Positions 20,605 to 29,609 of a DNA stretch of 64,000 bases are shown here, one piece after another. Where the stretch lies: NCBI GenBank assembly GCA_003154195.1, contig PMCS01000029.1, positions 208,703-272,702 of the forward strand, written 5' to 3'. The DNA is from Candidatus Omnitrophota bacterium. GTDB taxonomy: Bacteria > Omnitrophota > Gorgyraeia > Duberdicusellales > 4484-171. Each line of letters starts with the position of its first letter. The first letter of the stretch is position 1. The notes below the pieces were generated by a model, which saw only the letters and a list, made by a program, of their open reading frames with translations, was not told the origin of the DNA and made no database searches. The position numbers were made by a program, and so were the translations under genes.

Positions 20605-21258
20605 ATGAAAATGAAATTGTTTATCGTTTTTTGTTTCGCGCTGCTGATTGTTGTTTGCGTTGCCGTTGCTTACGCGCAAAAGGCCAAATCAATCCGGCTT
20701 CTGCCGCCGCGGCTGGATAACGCTAAACCTTTGATGCAGTCGTTAAAGGAGAGGAAGTCGGGCCGCGAATTTAGTTCCCAGGAATTGCCTTTAGCGGTGT
20801 TGTCGGATATACTCTGGGCGGCTAACGGAATAAACCGGCCGGATTCGGGGCGCCGGACCGCGCCTTCCGCCATCAACATGCAGGAGATAGATATTTATGC
20901 CGCTAAGGCCGACGGGCTTTATTTATTCGACGCTAAAGAAAACGCGCTAAACTTAATTATAGCCCAGGATTTACGGGCTTTGACCGGCAGGCAGCCGTTC
21001 GCCGCAGACGCTCCCGTCAATCTTATTTATGTCGCCGACCTGTCTAAAATGAGTAAACTATCTGAAGAAGACCGAAACTTTTACTCCGCCACCGATACCG
21101 GCTTTATCAGCGAGAATGTTTACCTGTATTGCGCCGGCGCGGGATTGGTTACGGTAGTGCGCGGCGCGGTTGACCGGCCGGCTTTGGCGAAAGCGATGGG
21201 GTTACGGACCGACCAGAAGATAATTCTTGCCCAAACCGTGGGTTATCCCAAGCAGTAG
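20605..21258 (+). CDS. Nitroreductase-family / SagB-type dehydrogenase domain protein with signal peptide
   Basis: 217 aa. Signal peptide. Nitroreductase-like LSDILWAANGINRP ... IDIYAA...GLYLFD. Confidence 0.55.
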   Translation: MKMKLFIVFCFALLIVVCVAVAYAQKAKSIRLLPPRLDNAKPLMQSLKERKSGREFSSQELPLAVLSDILWAANGINRPDSGRRTAPSAINMQEIDIYAAKADGLYLFDAKENALNLIIAQDLRALTGRQPFAADAPVNLIYVADLSKMSKLSEEDRNFYSATDTGFISENVYLYCAGAGLVTVVRGAVDRPALAKAMGLRTDQKIILAQTVGYPKQ

Positions 21259-21718
21259 AAAGAAGAAGAAAGCGGCGAGACTGGGATAGGAAAATATCCG
21301 CGTACCGTCTATCGGATTTACTTTTTTAAAAATTGTGATAGGCTGAGACGGTGCGGTAAACTTGTGAGCGCGTAAGCGTGTGAGGAAATACCTTAAAAGG
21401 GAAGATAGGGGAAAGAGGGGAATTAAAATGAAAACACCGTTAAAAGTTTCCGGCGCGATTTTTTTGCTGGTATCCCTTTTGCATATTCTACGGCTCATTT
21501 TTAAAATTCCGGTGGCCGCGGCAGGTTATACCGTGCCGATGTTTTTCAGCGTTATCGGGGCGTTGGCTGCGCTGGTTCTGGCGGTATGGATGTTCAACTC
21601 GGCCCGGCAAGGTTCGAGCGCAGTTGAACAATGAAACTAAGCCCTGCCGCGTACGGCAGACCAAGTTTCATCGGCTCGAAGGGGTTGTTAAAAAATAACT
21701 ATACCGGTAAAATAATTT

Positions 21719-22819
21719 ATGACGGACAAAGCAAAAATCCTGGTAGTTGACGACGAGCCTTTAAATATAAAACTTCTGGAGGCGAACCTTTTGTCTCAGG
21801 GTTACGATGTTGTCGCCGCATCCAGCGGCCAAGATGCTTTAAAGATTCTTGAAGAAAACGATATTGATTTAGTCCTGCTCGATGTGATGATGCCGGGCCT
21901 TGACGGCATCGAGGTAGCCAAACGTATCCGCGCCAACGAAAAAACCAGCCTCCTGCCCATAGTGCTGGTTACTTCCTTAAGAGATATTTCCGACCGCATC
22001 AAAGGCATCGAAGCCGGAAGCGACGATTTTATTTCCAAGCCCTTCGATAAAGAAGAGTTACTTGCCCGGGTAAAATCTCTGTTGCGCATAAAATATCTGC
22101 ATGAGCAATTGCGGGAAAATTATCGCAAGCTTAAATCGCTGGAAGAAATGAAAGACAGCCTTACCCATATGATTGTCCACGATTTGAATAATCCCCTGGC
22201 GATTATTTTTCTCAAATGCCAGATTTTAGCGGACAGCCTGGGAGAAAAAATTACCGCTTCACAAAAAGAAGATATCAGCGATATCCTCGTTTCGGCGCGG
22301 GAATTAAAAAGGATGATCGGCAATATCCTTGATATCAATAAAATGGAAGAGGGGCGCTTGGCGTTGCGCCGGGAAAATTTTTCCTTAACGGATTTGGCCG
22401 CCGAAGTTGCCGAAGAAATGAAAATTACGGCCGGCCCGGCAGGACAATCTTTATCGGCGCAAGCGGCTTCCGCGATGCCGGAAATGTTTGCCGATAAAGA
22501 TCTGATCCGCCGGGCGATCATCAATCTGGTGAGCAACGCTTTAAAATTCACGCCCGAAGGGGGCCATATCGATATAATCTCTTCCTTTGACCCCGCCTCT
22601 AAAAAATTACGCGTCGAGGTTAAAGACAACGGAATCGGCATACCACAGGAATATCTCCAGAAAATTTTCGATAAATTTTTTCAGATAAACCATGATCAAA
22701 TAAGAGCCGGCCGAGGGCTGGGTTTGACTTTTTGCAGACTGGTCGTGGAGGCGCATGGCGGCTCTATCTGGGTGGAAAGCCGGGAGGGAAAAGGCAGCGC
22801 TTTTATCTTTACCATATAA
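21719..22819 (+). CDS. Hybrid response regulator / histidine kinase (REC-HisKA-HATPase)
   Basis: 366 aa. REC KILVVDDEPLN ... LDVMMPGLDG, H-box THMIVHDLNNPL, G-box GRGLGLTFCRLVVEAHGG. Confidence 0.8.
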   Translation: MTDKAKILVVDDEPLNIKLLEANLLSQGYDVVAASSGQDALKILEENDIDLVLLDVMMPGLDGIEVAKRIRANEKTSLLPIVLVTSLRDISDRIKGIEAGSDDFISKPFDKEELLARVKSLLRIKYLHEQLRENYRKLKSLEEMKDSLTHMIVHDLNNPLAIIFLKCQILADSLGEKITASQKEDISDILVSARELKRMIGNILDINKMEEGRLALRRENFSLTDLAAEVAEEMKITAGPAGQSLSAQAASAMPEMFADKDLIRRAIINLVSNALKFTPEGGHIDIISSFDPASKKLRVEVKDNGIGIPQEYLQKIFDKFFQINHDQIRAGRGLGLTFCRLVVEAHGGSIWVESREGKGSAFIFTI

Positions 22820-22846
22820 AAAAATTCGTCGCTACCGTAAAGGAAT

Positions 22847-25846
22847 ATGTTTAAATTTCTATCATTGCCTGAAAGAACCCCTCCCATGCCCTCCGGCCGG
22901 TTTACCCGGCGTTATTTCCAGATTGTTTTCATCATGGCTTCCGCCGTGATCATTTCTTCCTGTACGGTTATTGTTTATTACGCTTGCCGTCGCGTTTATC
23001 AGGAAAGAGATGTTTTATTCAAACAATATTTGCGCGATAACAAAAAATATTCCAACAGTTACCTGGAAAGCATGGCCAATAATATTAATTATCTGGCCGA
23101 TACTTTATCGGAAGGCGATTCCGGCAATAAGCCGGCGGCGGATGGCGCGGATACGGATATAAGGAAACGCCTGGAAAATATTTTCGCCCCGGTTTTAAAA
23201 GCAGAAGGCGACCGCATCGCGCAAATATTCTGCAGCGATAGAAACAGCCGCAAGGTTTTCACTTTTGAAAGCAAAGATAACGAATTAAAGGTTTCCGATG
23301 ACAACGGCTCATCTGCCGGTTTAAGCTTTAATAAAAAAGTAATCCTGTCCCCCGGCGTCGTTTATATGTCCCCGGTTTTTTTAGACCGGTCCGCGGCCAT
23401 TCCGGTAAAACCTTACGTTCCGGTGGTTGAATTTTCCCGGGGCCTTTTTGACGCCGCCGGAAAACCTACCGGAGTGATCGGTATAAGATTCAGCGTCAAA
23501 AGTATTATCCGTGTCTTTCAGTCCATCAGGAGTATGCCTGACGCCGAAGTATTTATCGCCGATGCCAAAGGGTATTATTTACGTAACGGCGACAATCAAA
23601 AAGAATGGGGTGCGCCGCGCGATTTAGGTACCCGGTGGAATGTTAAGAAAGATTTCCCTTTCTATTACCGGGAAATTCTCAACCAGGAAAGCGGATTTAT
23701 TTATGACCGCGATAAAAAACAATATATATATTTTTCCAGTTTCTCTCCTTATTCCGCTTCTCAAGATAAGTGGATCGTCGCTGCTGTGGTGGCGCGGAAT
23801 AAATTTTTTACCCCTTTGTATAAAACTGCCGGCATAACAACTCTTGGTTTTTTGGCCCTGTTTTTTCTTATCTTCGCGTTGCTGCGCCACGCCGAAAACC
23901 AGATTTTAAAATACGCCGGGGAGCTGGAAGAGCAAAAAAACACGTTACAGAACAGCTACGTATTCTTACAAAGGATCATCGACAGCATGCCTAATCCCGT
24001 TTTTTACCAGGATTCTTGCGGGCAGTGCCTTGGCTGTAATATCGCTTTTCAGGATTATTTCGGGATCAAAAAAGAAACAATCATCGGCCGCCGCGTTTAT
24101 GATATCCTGCCGGTAGAAGATCCGCAAGGATTTTGCGAACAGGACGCGGCACTTTTACTGGAAGACAATAAGCGGTCGGCCGGCGCGGCTAAAGTCCGGC
24201 GCGCCGACAAAAATTTTCGCGACGTGATTTTTTATAAAGCAAGTTATCGGCAGGGCCATGGCGAGCGCAACGGCGTAGTCAGCGTCATGATCGATGTCAC
24301 CGAAAGGAATATCCTGGAGCAAAATTTAGCGCAGGCTAAGGAATCTGCCGAATCGGCCAGCCGCGCCAAAAGCGCGTTTCTGGCGGCGATGTCCCATGAA
24401 TTACGTACGCCCTTAAACGCGATTATCGGTTTTTCCGAGTTGTTGGCCGGCGAAAGTTTCGGCAAATTACTCGATAAACAAAAAGAATATATCAATGATA
24501 TTTGGAGCAGCGGCAAACATTTGCTGGCCTTGATCAACGATATCCTTGATCTTTCCAAGATCGAAGCGGGAAAATTAGAGCTGCATCTGGATGAGATTGA
24601 TTTAAAAAATATTTTGGAATCAAGTTTTGTGATGATCAAAGAAAAAGCGTATCGCCAGGGCATAGCCCTTATTCTGGACGTTGCCGACGGCATCGCAAAA
24701 GTTGAAGCCGACGAGCAGAAAATAAAACAGGTCATGTACAATCTTCTTTCCAACGCCGTAAAGTTTACCCCCCAGGGAGGAAAAATCGGCGTGGTCGCGG
24801 CAAAGTCCAGCGAAAACAATATCCTTGTTTCGGTATGGGATACGGGGATCGGCATCGAAGACAAAGACAAAGACAAGATTTTTAAGGAATTCATGCAGAT
24901 CGACAATACCCTTACCCGCCAATTCGCCGGGACCGGCCTGGGCCTGGCGCTGGTTAAAAAAATAATCGAGCTTCACGGCGGGAAAATTTGGTTCGAAAGC
25001 GCGGGGAAGAACCAGGGCGTTAAATTCAGTTTTACTATTCCGCAGATAAAATTGGACCGGCTTAGTTACGCCGGAATCGCAGGAAAAATCGATGCCGTTA
25101 AACTCAAGCCCAGCCCTTTGACGGTTTTTATGCTCCACTGGGATAATTATGACCGGTTTGCCGGCAGCGCCGACATAACAAAAATCAATAGCGCGTTTTT
25201 CGGCCTTAAGAAAGATTTCAGCGAAATTGCCCAACTCGAAGATTTTATCATTGATAACAACAATGCGATTATCGCGCTCGCCTCCCTTGATAAGAATGCC
25301 GCGCCGAAAGCGGCGAAAGCTTTTCTTCAGGAGGTAAAAAAAGCCATTTTTGATTTCGACAACAGCTTTGAGGCCGAATTCTCTTACGGATTTTCCACTT
25401 ACCCCGATGACGGGAAAAATTTTGATGAGCTGGCGCGTAAGGCAAAAGAAAATTATCTTAACGAGCGAGGCTTAAGATTGCAGAAAAGGATAATGATCAT
25501 CGATGACGAACCGGCGGTGTTAAACGCTACAAAAAATACTCTGAAGCAGTTCGGCTATAGTAACTTTGACAGCGCCTATAGCGGCGCGGACGCCCTGGGA
25601 AAAATAGAGATAAACCATCCGGAGTTGATCATCCTTGATATACAAATGCCCGGGATGAGCGGTTATGAATTTATCGGAAGGATTAAAGAGAATACCCATA
25701 CGCAGGCAATCCCGATTTTAATTATTTCCGGTTATCACGTGGAAATGGCGCGAATCAGCGAGTACATAAAAAATAAAGCTATTCCGATTCTGGGTAAACC
25801 TTTCGAAGCCAACCAGGTGGCGAAGCTGGTGTGGTATTTGTTGTAA
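22847..25846 (+). CDS. Large hybrid sensor histidine kinase (TM, Cache/PAS-like sensor, HisKA, HATPase, C-terminal REC)
   Basis: 999 aa. H-box MSHELRTPLNAIIGFSELL, G-box GTGLGLALVKKIIELHGG, C-terminal REC IMIIDDEPAV ... LDIQMPGMSG. Confidence 0.8.
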   Translation: MFKFLSLPERTPPMPSGRFTRRYFQIVFIMASAVIISSCTVIVYYACRRVYQERDVLFKQYLRDNKKYSNSYLESMANNINYLADTLSEGDSGNKPAADGADTDIRKRLENIFAPVLKAEGDRIAQIFCSDRNSRKVFTFESKDNELKVSDDNGSSAGLSFNKKVILSPGVVYMSPVFLDRSAAIPVKPYVPVVEFSRGLFDAAGKPTGVIGIRFSVKSIIRVFQSIRSMPDAEVFIADAKGYYLRNGDNQKEWGAPRDLGTRWNVKKDFPFYYREILNQESGFIYDRDKKQYIYFSSFSPYSASQDKWIVAAVVARNKFFTPLYKTAGITTLGFLALFFLIFALLRHAENQILKYAGELEEQKNTLQNSYVFLQRIIDSMPNPVFYQDSCGQCLGCNIAFQDYFGIKKETIIGRRVYDILPVEDPQGFCEQDAALLLEDNKRSAGAAKVRRADKNFRDVIFYKASYRQGHGERNGVVSVMIDVTERNILEQNLAQAKESAESASRAKSAFLAAMSHELRTPLNAIIGFSELLAGESFGKLLDKQKEYINDIWSSGKHLLALINDILDLSKIEAGKLELHLDEIDLKNILESSFVMIKEKAYRQGIALILDVADGIAKVEADEQKIKQVMYNLLSNAVKFTPQGGKIGVVAAKSSENNILVSVWDTGIGIEDKDKDKIFKEFMQIDNTLTRQFAGTGLGLALVKKIIELHGGKIWFESAGKNQGVKFSFTIPQIKLDRLSYAGIAGKIDAVKLKPSPLTVFMLHWDNYDRFAGSADITKINSAFFGLKKDFSEIAQLEDFIIDNNNAIIALASLDKNAAPKAAKAFLQEVKKAIFDFDNSFEAEFSYGFSTYPDDGKNFDELARKAKENYLNERGLRLQKRIMIIDDEPAVLNATKNTLKQFGYSNFDSAYSGADALGKIEINHPELIILDIQMPGMSGYEFIGRIKENTHTQAIPILIISGYHVEMARISEYIKNKAIPILGKPFEANQVAKLVWYLL

Positions 25847-25852
25847 AAGAAT

Positions 25853-26257
25853 ATGAAAACATGCCCGGTTTGTTTTAAAGAATTTAGCGGTAACGCCGGT
25901 ATCTGCGATGAATGCTTTATTGTAACCAGAAGAAAGAAGCTAAATGAGTTGTCGAAACGTTTCACGTTGTTGCTTTTAATCGCCGCCTTGATTTACGCCA
26001 ACAGCAAAGACATGGAGGGGGCAGGCAATTATATCCGGCGCCGGTCAAAACGAGCGGCGGCTGATTTTAGTAAATTATGGGATGCCTTGAAAGAAATGCC
26101 CCGGGATTTCCTGCGGGGCGTTAATTCACGGGACAGTTTTACCGGGGAGCCGGGTTATCTTAAGGGCCGGGGAGAACGCCCGCGCAATATATCTCCTGGC
26201 GATTTGGGAGGGGGCGGAATCGAAAATTTTACCCGGCAAGTGTATAGTGGTAATTAA
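25853..26257 (+). CDS. Hypothetical protein with N-terminal zinc-ribbon-like CxxC...CxxC
   Basis: 134 aa. CPVCFKEFSGNAGICDEC followed by a TM-like segment. Confidence 0.35.
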   Translation: MKTCPVCFKEFSGNAGICDECFIVTRRKKLNELSKRFTLLLLIAALIYANSKDMEGAGNYIRRRSKRAAADFSKLWDALKEMPRDFLRGVNSRDSFTGEPGYLKGRGERPRNISPGDLGGGGIENFTRQVYSGN

Positions 26258-26283
26258 GGTAGCGTCAAATAGAATATGAAGGC

Positions 26284-26569
26284 AACCACAGAGTTCACAG
26301 AGGGGAAATTAAACCTCTGTGTTCTCGAAGAAATGGACAAAGGCGATAAAAACACCATTGTCCATAGATATTTCTCAAAATTACTCTTAAAAAAATAAAA
26401 GATAACAGAGTTGCCAAATCATCTGACAAATTTTTATAATGTTGCTGGTTTTTGGTTTGCGTGTCCCGACTACACCAAAGTATTATTTTTTGGTCTGTTT
26501 TAAGAGTGCACAGAGGGGGGATACCATAATTCATTGATATTTAATAATTTCTCTGTGACCTCTGTGGTT
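26284..26569. mobile_element. MITE-like / structured element with ~19-bp terminal inverted repeats (copy 2 of the 20398-20565 family)
   Basis: Termini aaccacagagttcacagag ... ctctgtgacctctgtggtt, plus a nested inner inverted pair acctctgtgttctc / gagtgcacagaggg. Ends about 35 nt upstream of the RBS of the cupin gene. Confidence 0.5.
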
Positions 26570-26607
26570 TATTTTTACAAAATGATTAGATAAGGGAGGG
26601 AAGAGAT

Positions 26608-26877
26608 ATGAAGATTGAAGTAAAAAAATTGTCGGTTCAGGAAATCGAAAAACTGGGGATAAAAGATTGGCCGATCTGGGAAAAAGAAGCAAGTACTTTT
26701 GATTGGCATTATGACGAAAAAGAGATGTGTTATTTCTTGGAAGGCGATGTAGAAGTATCAACCGAAAGCGGCGAAAAAGTTAAATGTGGTAAAGGCGATT
26801 TCGTAACTTTTCCCCGGGGGTTGGCATGCAGATGGAACATTAAAAAGGCAGTCCGCAAGCATTATAAATTTGAATAA
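26608..26877 (+). CDS. Cupin-domain protein (DUF861 / cupin_3-like)
   Basis: 89 aa. Strong RBS gggaggg. Cupin beta-strands CYFLEGDVEV ... GDFVTFPRG. Confidence 0.6.
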   Translation: MKIEVKKLSVQEIEKLGIKDWPIWEKEASTFDWHYDEKEMCYFLEGDVEVSTESGEKVKCGKGDFVTFPRGLACRWNIKKAVRKHYKFE

Positions 26878-27082
26878 TTTTTATTTTTGCGGAGCGCAAG
26901 CATAGTTGCGAAAGCTTCGTGGAAATATCCTGCCCGGAGAGCGTGAAATTTTCACGGTATCCAGGCGCATCGGGATAGTCCAACTAAAGGCATTCATCAC
27001 GCCTTCGGTTTATAAATGCCTGGTGCACTGCCAAATTAATTTTTAATGGTATCATTTGCTAAAAAAGGAGGAACGCTGAAAA

Positions 27083-27898
27083 ATGTATGCGACTTACTGG
27101 AATTTAAAAAAGATGCCTTTTGAGAATACGCCTGATCCACACTTTTTGTATCGTTCCCCGCAGCATGAGGAAGCATTGGCACGAATGTTATACGCTATTC
27201 GATACCGTAAGGGAGGGGGCTTAGTTACAGGTGTCTTTGGTTGCGGAAAGACCATTCTGGTGCAGGCAATTCTTGATGAGATAAAACAAGATCGATATAA
27301 AACCGCTATTGTCAATAATCCTCAATTAGACTACGCAGAACTTTTAAGGGCAATTGTACGTAGCCTCAAGGCAATTGAGTTACCCCAGAAAAAAACCGAA
27401 CTTTCAGCAGATTATCTTTTGGAGGTTCTTAACCAAATACTCCTGAATAATATGCGTGATGGAAAAGAGACGGTAATTATTATTGATGAAGCGCATATCA
27501 TCCAGGATGAGCGTGTCTTTGAAGAATTGAGACTGCTTTTAAACTTTCAACTTAGAGAACGCTTCTTGCTCACCCTTCTTCTTTTAGGACAGCCGGAACT
27601 AAAACAGAAGATTGAAGATAATAAACAATTAGAACAACGTATCGCCGTTAAAGCCAATCTTCAGCCCTTAGATTTAGAAAATACCAAAAGATATATCGAC
27701 CATCGTTTAGCAGTAGCGGGGCAGACAGAACAGATCTTTAGTGATGGAGCGATAGGGTTAATCCAAGAAAATTCTGGAGGTATTCCCAGACGCATAAACA
27801 ATCTTTGTGATATTTGTTTGTTAAATGGTTCTGATAAAAAGGTAAGTCTAATTGATGAGGAGATAGTAACGCAGGTGGCTGAATACGAGTCTTCCTAG
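27083..27898 (+). CDS. ExeA/GspA/MshM-like AAA ATPase (AAA_16/22 family), copy 1
   Basis: 271 aa. Walker A GVFGCGKT, Walker B IIIDEAH. N-terminus YWNLKKMPFENTPDP is typical of ExeA-like proteins. Confidence 0.7.
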   Translation: MYATYWNLKKMPFENTPDPHFLYRSPQHEEALARMLYAIRYRKGGGLVTGVFGCGKTILVQAILDEIKQDRYKTAIVNNPQLDYAELLRAIVRSLKAIELPQKKTELSADYLLEVLNQILLNNMRDGKETVIIIDEAHIIQDERVFEELRLLLNFQLRERFLLTLLLLGQPELKQKIEDNKQLEQRIAVKANLQPLDLENTKRYIDHRLAVAGQTEQIFSDGAIGLIQENSGGIPRRINNLCDICLLNGSDKKVSLIDEEIVTQVAEYESS

Positions 27899-28024
27899 GG
27901 GACGCGGATGAGATGCCGGGTTATTATCTTAACTAATGAGACTTCGATTTTTCCAAGTCCCGGAGGGACGCTGGGAAAATCGGTAGTCGAATTATCTGTC
28001 GGCTAAAGAGGGAAGGTTAATTCC

Positions 28025-28112
28025 ACTACCGCCTCAATCTGCGCCCCCGCCATCCCATAGATGGCGAGGTCTCGTCAATTCGTTTAACGAATTGACGGAC
28101 TTCGGGCTTGAT
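28025..28112. repeat. 88-bp dispersed repeat, copy B (inverted relative to 17559-17646), embedded in a larger repeat-module patch at 27900-28165
   Basis: Reverse complement matches copy A except for 2 nt at one end. Flanked by the modules taatgagacttcg, ggtagtcgaat, cccggagtaccgggcaagtttcatt and cgaagtctcatt. Confidence 0.8.
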
Positions 28113-28208
28113 AATTCAACTAAGCCCGGAGTACCGGGCAAGTTTCATTACGGCGAAGTCTCATTAAAAATGTGTTGAGATATTTCAATTATGTTATAAA
28201 ATGATAAA

Positions 28209-28601
28209 TTGAGGTACGATATGCCAGCAAAGAAGAAAGTTTTCATCGCGGAAGATGAAGAGCCGGTATTCATCAGCTTAAAGAAGCTGTTGCTTTTTTC
28301 CGGGTTTGATGTTGACGGGGCAATGAACGCCCGTGAAGTCGTGCCGCAAATAAAGTCTTTTAAGCCGGACGCGATTCTTCTGGATATAAAAATGCCCGAA
28401 TTGAGCGGGTTTGAGATTTGCGCGCTGCTTAAGACGGATGGGGAAACGAAAAATATACCGATTTTTGTCCTTTCCGCGCTGGCCGGAGAAGAAGATTTGA
28501 AAAAAGCGGCAGAGCTGGGAGTTGTGGGATATTTTTCCAAACCCTATGATTATTTGAAGTTAAAGAGAGAGATCGAATCGGCAATCGATAAAGCAAAATG
28601 A
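28209..28601 (+). CDS. Stand-alone response regulator receiver
   Basis: 130 aa. KVFIAEDEEPV, LDIKMPELSG, SKPY. Confidence 0.8.
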   Translation: MRYDMPAKKKVFIAEDEEPVFISLKKLLLFSGFDVDGAMNAREVVPQIKSFKPDAILLDIKMPELSGFEICALLKTDGETKNIPIFVLSALAGEEDLKKAAELGVVGYFSKPYDYLKLKREIESAIDKAK

Positions 28602-28661
28602 AAAATATTGGAATCACAATGATAGTTTAGGCAATAAGTCGTCCCGACCGAGGAGGCTAAT

Positions 28662-29492
28662 ATTTATACCGAATACTGGGGATTAAAAAGAACGCCTTTT
28701 GAAAACATCAGCGACCCGGATTTTTTTTATTATTCCAATGAGCATAAAGAGGTCCTGGCGCGGATGAGTTATGCCGTCCAGCAAAAAAAGATGGGGGTGC
28801 TCATCACCGGCGAGCCGGGAACGGGAAAAACTTTTGTCAGCCGCGTCCTCAAAGAGATGTGCGGCAAAGACAAATGCTTTTTTATTTACATTATTAACCC
28901 GCGCCTTACGCCGATAGAATTCATCAAAGAGATTCATTACCAACTGGGCGGCAGCATCGAAACCACGACTCATTATACCAAAATGGATTATTTACGGGCG
29001 ATTCAGAAGAACCTCGAAGATTGCCGCGGCCGGGGGGTATATCCCGTGGTCATTATCGATGAAGCGCAAAGTATTCAGGGCGATGAATTGCTGGAAGAAG
29101 TGAGATTGCTGCTTAATATGCAGAGCGATAATAGCGTGTTGTTTACCTTGATTTTGCTCGGCCAGACTCAACTGGAAGAAAAAGTAGGAAAAACACCCCA
29201 GTTTGAGCAGAGGCTTTCCATAAGGTATAAGCTTTATTCTTTATCGAGAGAAGAAGCTAAGGAGTATATCGAGTACCGTCTTAAGGTAGCCGGCACCACC
29301 CGCCGTATTTTTACCGATTCGGCCTACGAGGAAATTTATGAATTTTCGCAAGGTATGCCGCGCTTAATAAATAATATCTGCGATTTATCGCTGTTAACCG
29401 GTTTTATCAAAAAACTTCAAATAATTGACCGGGACGTGGTTATCCAGGTCGCCCATGATTTGGGCAGCCGCAAAAAAGAAGAAGAACACTAG
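28662..29492 (+). CDS. ExeA/GspA-like AAA ATPase, copy 2 (probable non-ATG ATT start)
   Basis: First ATG is at 28764, but the in-frame upstream translation IYTEYWGLKRTPFENISDPDFFYYS aligns residue-for-residue with the N-terminus of copy 1 (MYATYWNLKKMPFENTPDPHFLYRS). RBS aggagg sits 6 nt before the ATT at 28662. Walker A GEPGTGKT, Walker B IIDEAQ. Confidence 0.6.
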   Translation: MYTEYWGLKRTPFENISDPDFFYYSNEHKEVLARMSYAVQQKKMGVLITGEPGTGKTFVSRVLKEMCGKDKCFFIYIINPRLTPIEFIKEIHYQLGGSIETTTHYTKMDYLRAIQKNLEDCRGRGVYPVVIIDEAQSIQGDELLEEVRLLLNMQSDNSVLFTLILLGQTQLEEKVGKTPQFEQRLSIRYKLYSLSREEAKEYIEYRLKVAGTTRRIFTDSAYEEIYEFSQGMPRLINNICDLSLLTGFIKKLQIIDRDVVIQVAHDLGSRKKEEEH

Positions 29493-29494
29493 AT

Positions 29495-29560
29495 TTTTTG
29501 CGGAGCAAAAAATATATCCGCCGGAAAATGCCGGTTTAGCGTGCGGGCATTTTTCCGGTT
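29495..29560 (+). terminator. Tandem hairpins after the ExeA-like gene (possible terminator)
   Basis: ttttttgc-ggag-gcaaaaaa, then ccggaaaatgcc...ggcatttttccgg. No strong T-run follows the second hairpin. Confidence 0.35.
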
Positions 29561-29609
29561 AATGCGAAACAATTTTTAAACGGTTGAATTTCTCCATGCC
29601 GCGAAGCGG

